Source: Candidatus Hydrogenedentota bacterium
GTDB taxonomy: Bacteria; Hydrogenedentota; Hydrogenedentia; Hydrogenedentales; JAEUWI01
DNA: 64,000 nucleotides
Assembly (NCBI GenBank): GCA_019637335.1
Contig: JAHBVV010000019.1
Coordinates: 391-64,390, forward strand
Direction: 5' to 3'
The notes below the pieces were generated by a model. It saw only the letters and a program-made list of their open reading frames with translations, was not told the origin of the DNA and did not search any database. Below are positions 1 through 10,147 of this stretch, one piece after another (the first letter of the stretch is position 1; each line of letters starts with the position of its first letter). A program made the translations under genes and the position numbers.

Positions 1-35
1 GCGTTTGGGCCAAGGTTGGGATCACAGTTTGCTTC

Positions 36-542
36 GTGCTTGCCATGGTGAACGTCTGTCTGCTTGTATCCATCTACAGAAATAAGCGCGAGAGCATGGT
101 TCGCCAGAATGACACCCGTGAAATACAGTGGCTGCATATCGGCGGATTACGGGTCTCCGCGGCGTTCCTGTTATGGCTGAATGCGGCCTTGATACTCGTG
201 TTTGCCGCGGCAATGGCAATCACGGTGGTTTGGTACAAGGTTTCGATGGACGGAATGCGAAAGGACTTGTTGCGCCAGGCGGCTTTCAGCGATATGGCGG
301 TTTCTCATCTCAGTCTGCGATTGGCGCAGTCGGATTACGAATCCGGCAATTTGCGCCTCTTCACCCTGGAGGACACCGCCGTCGAGGGCGAATCGGAACC
401 CGACGGGGACCGTTCCCTGAGCGTTTCCCGGCTGGTGTGGTCCGGTGATGAAGCGACCGGCGCGGCGCTTGTCCGGAGGTTTGTTGCGGACTACAATCGA
501 AAGATGCGGGAACTGGTGAGCGCGCGTGCCGCAAATGAGTAG
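36..542 (+). CDS. hypothetical protein with a hydrophobic N-terminal segment. It may be 5'-truncated by the window edge
   Basis: 168-aa ORF with moderate GC, a predicted TM helix (LLWLNAALILVFAAAMAITVVW) and no recognisable motif. Confidence 0.3.
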   Translation: MLAMVNVCLLVSIYRNKRESMVRQNDTREIQWLHIGGLRVSAAFLLWLNAALILVFAAAMAITVVWYKVSMDGMRKDLLRQAAFSDMAVSHLSLRLAQSDYESGNLRLFTLEDTAVEGESEPDGDRSLSVSRLVWSGDEATGAALVRRFVADYNRKMRELVSARAANE

Positions 543-604
543 ATCGGGAAGCGCGGGCGCGGGTATAGAGGAATGGCGGCAAGCTCAGCAGGAGGGTATA
601 TGAT

Positions 605-1012
605 ATGTCGAATCACGCAGTGACAATGGCAATCCGTTGTTGCCAATTCCTGAATACCAAATACGTGATAGTGCTATACTTCGCGTGGTATTGGACCGAA
701 CTTGATGGACGAGGCTTTCCGTTTCCATCCGTCGTGTATGGTATTGGGGTTTGCGCAGTTTATTTTGTTATCTGGCTGGAACTTAACAAATTCACCAGTC
801 GGCGCGTTGTGTTTGGGAAGGGTGTCGGCTGCAGTATGGGCGAGCTTGGCTCGGCCCTCCTGATCCTGACGCATCCGGCGTTCTATCTGGCGGAGGATCG
901 CGGCATCTGGGGAGTTCATGAGGTCTTTTTATATTTGTGGCCTGTTGGCTATCTCGTCGTCCTGGGCTTTGTCATTGGCATGATAGTGGATCGAAATGAG
1001 AAACTTACCTGA
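605..1012 (+). CDS. small multi-pass membrane protein (hypothetical)
   Basis: 135 aa with about four hydrophobic helices. A strong SD (AGGAGGG) lies 8 nt upstream of the ATG. GC is about 45-50%, well below the window average. Confidence 0.4.
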   Translation: MSNHAVTMAIRCCQFLNTKYVIVLYFAWYWTELDGRGFPFPSVVYGIGVCAVYFVIWLELNKFTSRRVVFGKGVGCSMGELGSALLILTHPAFYLAEDRGIWGVHEVFLYLWPVGYLVVLGFVIGMIVDRNEKLT

Positions 1013-1165
1013 GGGCAAGGTGGCCCGGCTTGAAGTGGTGAGGAAGCAGGGGTGTTACAGAATGGCGCGTACCCTGGTCGAAACCAGCTATCTACACGCG
1101 AGCGACGGGAAGCGCTTGGGCGATGCGCCGCACACCGGGATCTCGCTACAGGAGGGTTCTCCAAG

Positions 1166-1375
1166 ATGAAAATTGATTCTGATCGCGCCATAATCGGCGG
1201 CAGCCTGTTAGGGATCTTTGGCGGATGCCTTGGGATGCTATTGGGAGACGTGAAGTCTGGACTTCTCTATGTTGTATTGTTCTTGATTCTTTTTAACGTG
1301 ACGCAAACACGCATGGAGGTAATGGCGGCGATTAGGAACAAGGGTGAACAGCATACCGACGATGCGGATGCGTGA
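1166..1375 (+). CDS. small 2-TM membrane protein (hypothetical)
   Basis: 69 aa, MKIDSDRAIIGGSLLGIFGGCLGMLLG... AGGAGG is upstream of an internal ATG of the 1052..1375 ORF. Lies in the low-GC island. Confidence 0.35.
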   Translation: MKIDSDRAIIGGSLLGIFGGCLGMLLGDVKSGLLYVVLFLILFNVTQTRMEVMAAIRNKGEQHTDDADA

Positions 1376-1483
1376 GTGTGTTGCGCCTGCCGGAGGCTCC
1401 GGGCGGTTGCGAAGGCGTTTAAAGCCCGCGTTCGCCGGGGCGGGCGCCAGCAGAGGAGGGCTTGGGTGAGAGCAATCGAAGAT

Positions 1484-1858
1484 ATGCGCAATAGAATCAG
1501 GTTGCTACACAAGCGTGAATTGGAATTGGAAGACCGTGTAATTGGCTTTTTGAGCGTTGAATTACGCCGTTGGGCGGGTCTCCTCTATGTGGTGGCGGGG
1601 TTCTTCGTCTACCTGCTAAGCCCTCTTGCAGATCTGATCGTACAATGGATCGTATCCTTTTTGTGTCTATTCGCGTGGTTACTAGCATTTCCCTTGCTCT
1701 TACGTGTTAAAGAAAAGTGGATGGTTTTCTACAAGTGGAGATTTGCGTACTGGACACTCATCGTGGTCGCTTTTGTCTGCGCGGCTCCATACACTCTTTT
1801 CCCGTGGGTGTGGCTCTGTCTCTACCGTGCTTACGCGGCATTCCCGAGTTTGTTGTAG
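1484..1858 (+). CDS. small multi-pass membrane protein (hypothetical)
   Basis: 124 aa, MRNRIRLLHKRELELEDRV... followed by 3-4 Trp/Phe-rich TM helices. Lies in the low-GC island. Confidence 0.4.
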   Translation: MRNRIRLLHKRELELEDRVIGFLSVELRRWAGLLYVVAGFFVYLLSPLADLIVQWIVSFLCLFAWLLAFPLLLRVKEKWMVFYKWRFAYWTLIVVAFVCAAPYTLFPWVWLCLYRAYAAFPSLL

Positions 1859-2023
1859 TGTTTCCACATAGCATCCCACTTTCCTTGCCCCGCCTTCGAT
1901 TTCGCGCCGGGGAAACACTGTTCAGGACGCATTCGACGTGGCTCCATCTTTGGCAGGTGTCGTGCTTTCTTTCGGCTGGCGTTGGAACACAAACGCGAGC
2001 GCCTCGCGGAGGGACTTGATCCC

Positions 2024-3187
2024 ATGGGGATGCACAACATGAATGGGTGGAATTGGTTCACCGGCAATAAATGGAAGGCGATCATCGCCGCGGCGGCCGT
2101 GCTCTGCCTCATTGCGGTTGGACTATGGTCGGGCGGCTACGCGGTCCTTCGGTATGTGTGGTATGGCGCCGTGGACGGCCCGATCGCCGTTATTCGCCCG
2201 GATGGCTCCCCGGCGCCCGCGGAAGCGCTTGCCTGGCTGAAACCGGCGGCGGAGAACTTCTTCGCGCAGTCCGGCGATTCCCACTTGCTCGACCTGTGGA
2301 CGAAGCACGGGGCCGCGGGCGTCCTGGCCACCCTGCATGCCGGCACGCGAACGTTTGGTTCGGGTTTCCTTCGTGAGTTCACTTTGGAGAACGCCCCCGA
2401 GATATTTCCCATCCGCACCGAGCGGGGCTGCAATCTGGTCGATTGGGAAGGCAATGTCCACCTGCGGTTGGGTCCCAATGTGGACGATGCGGGGCCTGTG
2501 TCCGGGGGGTTGGTCGCCGTGCGGCGACGTACGGTGGATGATGGGTCGGGAACGGCCAAAGCCGCCTGGGCGTACCAGAATCTGGACGGGGAGACTGTTG
2601 TTCCGGGGCCGTTCGAGATTGCGTTTCCCTTTCAGGAGGGCCTCGCCGCGGTGGCGGTAACGCAGGATGACGGGACGTTGCGCTGGGGAATGATCGACAC
2701 GAGCGGCGCCTGGGCCATTGCGCCCCGTTTCTGGAGTTTGGGCGGGTTTTCGAACGGGCTGGCGCCCGCGGAGATCCGGGCGGACGACAACACGTTGGAG
2801 ACCGCTGGATTCATCGACCGTTCGGGCGCGTTTGCCGTTACGTTGGACGGCGCCCGTGGGATGCTGAGTTCACATCGGGATGGGCTCGCGCTGGTATGGT
2901 ATGGGTCGAGCCCGGGATACGCCCTTGTCGACGAAGCCGGCGCCATCGCCCTGGCGCTCGACTACGAGGACGTGGCCCCCTTTTCAGACGGTCGAGCGCC
3001 GGTGCGGGTCGGCAACGCCTACGGGTATATCGACACGGCGGGCGCGCTGGTGATTCCGGCGAAGTACGAGCGCCCGGCTTCCTTTTGCAGGGGCCTGGCG
3101 GTGGTGGTTCGTTATTCCGCCGTTCGCCATTGGGTGCTTCAAACCTACCTGACGTGGAAAGAGGCGCTTCCGGCGGGCCTGGGGTAG
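2024..3187 (+). CDS. WG (KWG-type) repeat-containing protein, N-terminally membrane anchored
   Basis: N-terminal TM (KWKAIIAAAAVLCLIAVGLW). Repeated motifs are GLAAVAVTQDDGTLRWGMIDTSGAWAIAPRF, GFIDRSGAFAVT and YGYIDTAGALVIPAKYE, typical of the WG_beta_rep family. Confidence 0.6.
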   Translation: MGMHNMNGWNWFTGNKWKAIIAAAAVLCLIAVGLWSGGYAVLRYVWYGAVDGPIAVIRPDGSPAPAEALAWLKPAAENFFAQSGDSHLLDLWTKHGAAGVLATLHAGTRTFGSGFLREFTLENAPEIFPIRTERGCNLVDWEGNVHLRLGPNVDDAGPVSGGLVAVRRRTVDDGSGTAKAAWAYQNLDGETVVPGPFEIAFPFQEGLAAVAVTQDDGTLRWGMIDTSGAWAIAPRFWSLGGFSNGLAPAEIRADDNTLETAGFIDRSGAFAVTLDGARGMLSSHRDGLALVWYGSSPGYALVDEAGAIALALDYEDVAPFSDGRAPVRVGNAYGYIDTAGALVIPAKYERPASFCRGLAVVVRYSAVRHWVLQTYLTWKEALPAGLG

Positions 3188-3254
3188 CCCTGGATTCGCG
3201 GGCCGGCCCCGGAGCGACGCAGAGGCCAATCGCGCGCGGGCGGGCGGCGGCGGT

Positions 3255-4390
3255 GTGTGGGGGGGGGGACAGCCGAGACGGCTGTGCCACGTTCCTTTCG
3301 GGGTGGCTTTTTGGGGGCGGGTACAGGCCCCTTGGGGACTGCCTCCGGCTCTTAAGTGGGCCAACGTATTGTCCAATGGCGCCAATCCAGCCAGTGGCTG
3401 TACCCGCAGAGCTTTCGGCGGGTACAGTCCCCCGCGATTTTGGGGTGGTATTGGGCGCTTTCGCGGCTTGGGTGGAATTTGTCGCGGGCTCCAGTCCCCT
3501 TGGGTCAGCGACGGGACAGCCGCGCCGGTTGTTGGTGTTGTGGGTTGGTTGGGCTGGCTTTTGGTGTTGTGCGGGCTGTTGGTGCGTGGGGTGATGGGGC
3601 GCCGCAGTCCCTGGGGTGGGCGGATTGCGTTGCAGTCCGGGGACAGCCGGGACGGCTATCCTACTTTTCGGCGGGTACAGTTTTTCACTACGCTTCGCGT
3701 CACCCATTAAGGACGAAAAAAGACGGCGGCTTCGCCGCCTGGCAGGCGGGGACGCCTGCGCTCCCAGCCTTTGCCGCTTCCTTGTTTGGGATACTGTAAT
3801 CTGGTTTGCATGGGGCAGTTGTGGTGATGCTGGGGCGCAGGTCGGATTGCGTTGCAGTCCGGGGACAGCCGGGACGGCTATCCTACTTTTCGGCGGGTAC
3901 CGCCGTTCATGACGCGTTGCGTCACCCGTTAAGTTTGAGATACTGCTCCTGACGGTTGCGCTCTTCTGGAGTCTCGCACGCTCAAGCCTTCGCGGCGGAG
4001 CCGCGGAGCTTGAACTTGGCACCCGTGGCTCCCTTTGGGGGCGACGGGACAGCCGCGCCGGTTTTCGGTGTTGTGGGTTGGTTGGGCTCGCTTCTGGTGT
4101 TGTGCGGGCTGTTGGTGTGTGGGGTGGTGTGGCGCCGCAGTCCCTGGGGTGGGCGGATTGCGTTGCAGTCCGGGGACAGCCGGGACGGCTATCCTACTTT
4201 TCGGCGGGTACAGTCGTTCATGACGCGTTGGGTCACCGGTTAGGTTTGAGAAACTGCTCCTGACTGTTGGCGCTCTTCTGGAGTCTCGCACGCTCAAGCC
4301 TTCGCGGCGGAGCCGCGGAGCTTGAACGTCGGAGATCCGCCGCAGGAGGATGGCACCCATGGCTCCCTTGAAATTTCAGAGCAGTCCCCT
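3255..4390. repeat. complex GT-rich modular interspersed repeat block. Includes an internal ~310-bp tandem duplication and three copies of the unit ...GCGTTGCAGTCCGGGGACAGCCGGGACGGCTATCCTACTTTTCGGCGGGTACAG...
   Basis: Sub-units are shared verbatim or nearly so with 6690-7215, 8480-9020 and, in reverse orientation, 55270-55700. Contains the hairpins CCGGGGACAGCCGGGACGGCT and TGACGCGTTGCGTCA. The ORFs here encode low-complexity G/W/V/R peptides and are judged non-coding. Confidence 0.8.
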
Positions 4391-4394
4391 TGGG

Positions 4395-6492
4395 TCAGCG
4401 GTGTGCGATGAGGGTCCAGGCGAATCTTGAGGCGAGGAACATTTCGCAGGCGAGGGTCCAGGGGAGGGCGAGGGGGTTGATGCGGGGCCAGCGTCCGGCG
4501 CGGATGCGGTCGAGGGCGTTTTGGCGGAGGGCGTTGAACTGGCGTCGCCGGGCGACGTAGCGGATGGCGATTTCCTCGTAGCCGGCGATGAGTTTGGTGG
4601 TGACGAAGCGCTCGGCGTCGATGAGGGTGTTCTGGCCGGGGACGTTGACTTCGATGGCGCGGACGTAGGCCTCGACTTCGGCGGCTTTTTGCGCGAGTTT
4701 GCGGCGTGCGGAGGCGCTGAGGTGGCTGCCGGTTTCGCTGAGCTGGCGCAGGCGCGTGGCGGCGGTGTTCAACATTTCGCGCAGCTCGCTTTCGGCGTCG
4801 GCGTAGCGGCCTTCGAGGCGGAAGCCGGCGACCCGCCGCTGTGCGGCGATCCATCGTTCGCGGAGGTCGGCGAGGGTGGCCCATCGGGGGTCGCGGGGCT
4901 TGCGGGTGAGCATCCAGATTTCCTGGAACTCGATGAAGAGCTGGAAGTAGACGCGGAAGCTTTCTCGCGCGTCGAGGAGGCGTCTGCGCAGGTAGGCGAG
5001 GCGGCTTTCGCTGGGGTAGGTGGGCCGGCGGCCGCGGCGCTCTTTGAGGCGGTAGATGCCGGTCGCCATGGGGTGTTGTCCGGTGAGGGCGCCGTGGCGG
5101 TACCAGATGGAGAAGCCGAGGATGGTCCAGTACTGGCGCGCTTCGGCGCGGAGCAGGGCGGCGATGATGTTCTGGGTGCTGTAGAGGGCGTTCATGGCCT
5201 CGTCGTAGGCGGCGCGCCAGCCGCCGCTTCCGAGGCGGGGGTGGCGGAAGGTTTCGTGGAGCCCGTCGTAGTTGTTGTAGTCCGCGTCGATGGGGACGCC
5301 GTCCTGGATCATCCGCCAGTGGTCGCGCGAACCCGGCAGCGGGGTGAGCATGAAGAGGGAGGCGACATCGACCTGGACCTCGTTGCGCAGAAAGGCGATG
5401 TTCTCGCGGACGGATTCCCGGGAGTCGTGGGGGAGGCCGATGATGTAGCCCACATGGACGAGGATGCCGTGTTCGTGCCAGGCGTCGACCATGGCGCGAT
5501 ACTGGTCGGCGTGGTTCTGTCGCTTGCCGACGGCCTTGAGGTTTTCGGGGTTGACGCTTTCCATGCCGATGAAGGCGAGGTAGCATCCGGCGCGGGCGGC
5601 TTTTTCGACGAAGCCGGGGATGCGGTGGGCCTGGGTGTCGGTCTGCATCATGAATCGAACGGCGATGCCGCGCGCGCGCAGGGCGATGAGGCCATCGAAG
5701 ATCGCGCTCCAGGCGGGATTGCGGGAGAAGTTGTCGTCGGTGAAGAAGTAGGAACGGATGCCGCGGGCGTAGTTGTCCTCGACCGCCTCGAGCACGCGTT
5801 CGGCGGGGCGGTAGCGCATCTTGCGGCCCTGGACGTTGATGATGGTGCAGAAGGAGCAGTTGAAGGGGCAGCCGCGGCTGGTGTCGATGGTGGCCATGCG
5901 GCGGGCGAGGTAGCGGCGCTGTAGCCGTTCGCTGGCGCGGGGCACGGGGGCCTGGGCCAGGTCGGGGAACTCGGTGATGTTGTAGATGGGCTGGAGGGCC
6001 TGGCGGAGCGCGTCGCCGAGGAGCCGGGCCATGACGCCGGGGGCCTCCACCTCGCCGCGGACGAGGGTGACCCCGGCGTCGAGCAGGCGCTGGAGATCGT
6101 GGGAGGGCTGGTCGAAGAGCGCGAGCATGCCGCTGACGTGGAAGCCGCCGATCATGACCTGGACGCCGGCGGCGCGGAGATCGAGGGCGAGGTCGGTAGC
6201 GCGCATGAACTGGTTGCTTTGCACACCGGCGAATCCGACGACCACGGTGGTGTCCGGGCGGCGGTTCCAGCGGGCGATGCGGCGGACGGGGATGCGCTCG
6301 AGGGTGTCGTCGAAGACGGAGACGGATACGCGGACGTCCGGGCCCAGTTCGCCCGATTCGCCGGTGTGTTCGGCGAGGCGCTGGAGGCAGCAGAGGGTGT
6401 TGGAGGGGAGGACGCCGCGGAGATAGCGGACGACGTAGCCGTCGTCGTCGTAGCGCGATGGCCGGATGAATACGGCATGCAGGTGCTTCATG
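4395..6492 (-). CDS. B12-binding domain-containing radical SAM protein (class B rSAM with a long C-terminal helical extension)
   Basis: The N-terminal B12-binding region starts at MKHLHAVFIRPSRYDDDGY. The CxxxCxxC motif (CPFNCSFC) is present, followed by the radical SAM core (GMESVNPENL...) and a C-terminal DUF4070-like region. The start is set at the internal ATG (6492), because the upstream extension lies in repeat DNA. Confidence 0.8.
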
Positions 6493-6689
6493 GGTTTAAC
6501 CCGCCCTTTCGTGAAAAAACAGCAGTTCACGAAGCGCGAGCCCGGCCCACAGGCGCACGATTCTCTTGTGGCTTCCTTCCGTGCATGCGGAGGGAATGCT
6601 TTATTGTGGCACAAATCGGGAGGAAAGGGGTAGCGGGGAATTGGGGGTGTGGGGCGAGCCGCTCGGGTGGGGTGGCGCTGGTGGTGGAC

Positions 6690-7215
6690 GGTTGGTGTTG
6701 CTCCAGGCACACGAAGGCGCTGGGGCGCCATCGCGTGGCACGGGGAGTGACCTTTCGGCGGGTACAGTCCCTTTGGGGACTGCCTCTGGCTGACAAGTGA
6801 GCCTACAAAATGTCCAATGGCGCCGATCCAGCCGGTGGCTGTACCCGCAGAGCTTTCGGCGGGTACAGTCCCCCGCGATTTGGGGGTGGTTTTGGGCGCT
6901 TTCGGGGCGTGGGTGGATTTTGTCGCGGGCTCCAGTCCCCTTGGGGCGACGGGACAGCCGCGCCGGTTGTTGGTGTTGTGGGTTGGTTGGGCTGGCTTTG
7001 GGTTTTGTGCGGGCTGTTGGTATGTGGGGTGTTGGGGCGCCGCAGTCCCTGGGGTGGTTCGGATTGCGTTGCAATCCGGGGACAGCCGGGACGGCTATCC
7101 TGCCTTTCGGCGGGTACAGGCCCCCGCGATTTGGGGGTGGTTTTGGGCGCTTTCGCGGCTTGGGTGGTTTTTGTCGCGGGCTCCAGTCCCCCTGGGGGCG
7201 ACGGGACAGCTATTA
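6690..7215. repeat. GT-rich modular interspersed repeat block (same family as 3255-4390)
   Basis: Shares the units GGCGGGTACAGTCCCCCGCGATTTGGGGGTGGT...TTGTCGCGGGCTCCAGTCCCCTTGGGG and GCGACGGGACAGCCGCGCCGGTTGTTGGTGTTGTGGGTTGGTTGGGCTGG... with the other loci. Confidence 0.8.
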
Positions 7216-7266
7216 TGCAGGGATTAATGGGATATGTTCAGGTGGGCCAGCCCGGAGGGAATTCTA

Positions 7267-8474
7267 TGCGGCGTTACGTGGGAATCTGGATGACGGGTGC
7301 GGTGGCCGCGGTCGCCCTGGGCGGATGCGAGGAGATTCCGTGTCCGGAGGCTATTCCAGGGCGTGTGGAGTCGGAAATCACCGCGACCTTTGACGCGCGG
7401 GCGTGGGACATCTGCGCGGCTTCGGGCGGCGGCTTTGTGGTGGCGGGGTACGCCTCCGGACAGCCATTCTCTCCGGTAGCTTCCGCAACGTATGAGAGAA
7501 GTCTCGATTCCTTTGTCGTTATGCTGGACGCATCCGGGAATATCGAGTGGTCCAGGACCTTTGGCGGCGATGGGGCCGACGAGGTGCGAAATATTGAGCC
7601 GGCGGGGGATGGGGGGTATATTGTCGCCGGAAACAAGGGGGCCTCGCCCCTCGATCCGGTCTTCTTTTACGATCCGGCAAGCGTCTTCGCGGCCAGGCTG
7701 GACTCCCAGGGGAGCGTGCTGTGGACCGTGGAACCCGAGACCGATCGCTTCACGGCGGCGTATGGGCTTTGCGTAAATGCCGACGGGAGCTTCGTCGTGG
7801 CGGGGGACACACGAGACGCTGAATACGGGGCGTCCGACGCCTTTTTGATCAAATTCGACCCCAATGGGGCGGAGCTCTGGCGCCGGCGCTATGGCAGTGG
7901 CCGGGATGTGGGCGCCCAAGACGTCATCACAACGAGTGACGGCGGATATGCGTTTACGGGGTACGTACAGGATCAGATTGTAGCCAGGCTTGATGCCGGC
8001 GGCGAAGTACAGTGGGAGTTCTTTCTGGACGAGGTCGCCATTCTTAAGGAATTGGCGTTCAGAACGAAGAAAATCATTGAGACGTCCGACGGTGGGTTCG
8101 CCGTCGTCGGAAGCACCTTTGGCGAACTGCTTGTGCTTAAGCTGGATGGCGGCGGCAACTACTTGTGGCAGGCCCGCGTGTCCGATGTGGGCGAGGCGGA
8201 AGGGCATGCTATTCTGGAGACTGCCGAAGGGGACCTGGTGGCGGCGGGCGTGAGCTACGCGCGCAATTCGTTTGGAAGACGTGTCTGTTCGCATTTGCTT
8301 CTCGTTCGATTGGGGAGCGAAGGGGACATACGCTGGAGCGGTCAGGTGGGCAGCAAGGAAACGATATTTCCGTGCGCCATGGTCGTGGATGGCGATAGCC
8401 TCAAGCTGGCGGGCTCTATTCGGGAGGACTTCGTGCATTCGATCTATCTGGTGACCACGGATGCGGGAGGATGA
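7267..8474 (+). CDS. beta-propeller repeat lipoprotein (delta-60/SBBP-like repeats)
   Basis: Signal peptide plus lipobox (AVALGGCEE). About six repeats of the type DGGYIVAG / DGSFVVAGDT / DGGYAFTGY / DGGFAVVGSTF / EGDLVAAGVSY. Confidence 0.5.
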
Positions 8475-8479
8475 GGGCG

Positions 8480-9020
8480 GTGATGGGTCTCGGCGGGTAC
8501 AGTCCCCCGCGATTTGGGGGTGGTGTTGGGCGCTTTCGCGGCTGGGGTGGTTATTGTCGCGGGCTCCAGTCCCCTTGGGGACTGCCTCTGGCTGGTACGT
8601 GGGCCAACGTATTGTCCAATGGCGCCAATCCAGCCGGTGGCTGTACCCGCAGAGCCTTTCGGCGGGTACAGTCCCCCGCGAGTTGGGGGTGGTGTTGGGC
8701 GCTTTCGCGGCGTTGGTGGTTTTTGTCGCGGGCTCCAGTCCCCTTGGGGGGCGACGGGACAGCCGCGCCGGTTGTTGGTGTTGTGGGTTGGTTGGGCTGG
8801 CTTTGGGTGTTGTGCGGGCTGTTGGTGCGTGGGGTGTTGGGGCGCCGCAGTCCCTGGGGGTGGCGACGGGACAGCCGCGCCGGTTGTTGGTGTTGTGGGT
8901 TGGTTGGGCTGGCTTTGGGTGTTGTGCGGGCTGTTGGGCCGTGGGGTGGTGGGGCGCCGCAGTCCCTGGGGGGCGGCTTGGGTGGTTTTTGTCGCGGGCT
9001 CCAGTCGCCTTGGGGGGGCT
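8480..9020. repeat. GT-rich modular interspersed repeat block (same family). Contains two tandem copies of the ~105-bp GCGACGGGACAGCCGCGCCGGTTGTTGG... unit
   Basis: Direct sequence identity with the 3255-4390 and 6690-7215 blocks. Confidence 0.8.
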
Positions 9021-9023
9021 GCC

Positions 9024-9977
9024 TCAGTCGATGTCTTCCATGGCGACTTGCTGGTTGTAGAAGGCGACGATGCCTTTTTCGCGGAGGGGGTTGCCTTCCT
9101 GCATGTAGGCGAGGGAGGTTTTGGGGTGGCGGTTGAGGTTGCCGGCGATCATGTAGGGCATTTCGTAGCCCCACTTGAGCTCGGCTTTCAACGATTCGAA
9201 GTATTTTTCGATGAGGGCGAGGACGGGGCGCACGTCGTATTTGGGGTTTTTGAGAAAACCGAGGAGGAGTTCGGTGGTGCAGTTGCCGGCGGCGCGGCCC
9301 ATGCCGTAGATGCTGCCGTCGAGCATGTTGATGCCCTTGCGGATGCCCTCGATGGTGTTGGCGAAGGCGAGTTGCTGGTTGTTGTGGCAGTGGATGCCGA
9401 CGGTTTTGCCGTTGAGGCCGTCGAGGTATTTGTCGGCGAGGTAGTGGATCTGTTCGGAGAAGAAATAGCCGAAGCTGTCGACGAGGTAGACGGCTTCGAA
9501 GGAGGTTTTTGCGAGTTCGGCGAGGGCTTCGTCGAGGTCTGGCTCGATGACGGTGGAGGCGGCCATGATGTTCACGCAGACTTCGTAGCCGAGATCCTGG
9601 ATGTGGCGTCCCAGGTGGATGGCCTTGTCCACTTCCTTGGCGTAGGTGGCGACGCGGAACATGGAGATTATGGATTCGTCTTTGGGGAGGAAGGCGTCGT
9701 AGTCGGTGCGTCCGACGTCGACCATGACGGAGATCTTGGTGTCGCATTCGAAGGCGACGTCGCGGAGGTCCTCTTCGTCGCAGAAACGCCAGGGGCCGTG
9801 GTTTTTCGGGTCGAACTGTTTCTTGTCGGCGCGGTAGCCGAGCTCCACGTAGTCCACGCCGGCGTCGACGAGGCCCTGGAAGACGTCCTTCACCATGGGC
9901 TTGTCGAATTCCCAGTTGTTCATGAGTCCGCCGTCGCGGATGGTGCAGTCGAGAACTTTAATTTCGGGGCGGTACAT
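9024..9977 (-). CDS. DRE-TIM metallolyase / pyruvate carboxyltransferase (HMGL-like) family protein
   Basis: The N-terminal VLDCTIRDGG motif plus a TIM-barrel aldolase-like pattern (VDYVELGY..., GIHCHNN) match the HMG-CoA lyase-like family. Confidence 0.7.
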   Translation of the reverse strand: MYRPEIKVLDCTIRDGGLMNNWEFDKPMVKDVFQGLVDAGVDYVELGYRADKKQFDPKNHGPWRFCDEEDLRDVAFECDTKISVMVDVGRTDYDAFLPKDESIISMFRVATYAKEVDKAIHLGRHIQDLGYEVCVNIMAASTVIEPDLDEALAELAKTSFEAVYLVDSFGYFFSEQIHYLADKYLDGLNGKTVGIHCHNNQQLAFANTIEGIRKGINMLDGSIYGMGRAAGNCTTELLLGFLKNPKYDVRPVLALIEKYFESLKAELKWGYEMPYMIAGNLNRHPKTSLAYMQEGNPLREKGIVAFYNQQVAMEDID

Positions 9978-10147
9978 GCGTGGGGCTCCGTGGATTGCGT
10001 GGTTGGAATAGCGCGTATCCTACAATTTCACTGTGTGCGGGTGCAAGGTTGGCGCGGGCGTTCGGGTGGTTTGCGGGTTGCGAGGGGGCTGCGCTATGAT
10101 GCCGGGAGGAGGCGGAACGCCGATGGACGCAACAGGCCCGGGCCGTT

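Noticed and set aside
4294-5924. 430-aa minus-strand and 467-aa plus-strand ORFs overlapping the radical SAM gene
   Set aside because: These are alternative frames of the rSAM CDS. The translations are R/P/A-rich and lack motifs.
6810-7266. 5' extension of the beta-propeller lipoprotein ORF (MSNGADPAGGCTRRAFGGYSPPRF...)
   Set aside because: The extension lies wholly within the interspersed repeat block, and the same low-complexity peptide is produced at other repeat loci. The real start is placed at the lipoprotein signal peptide.
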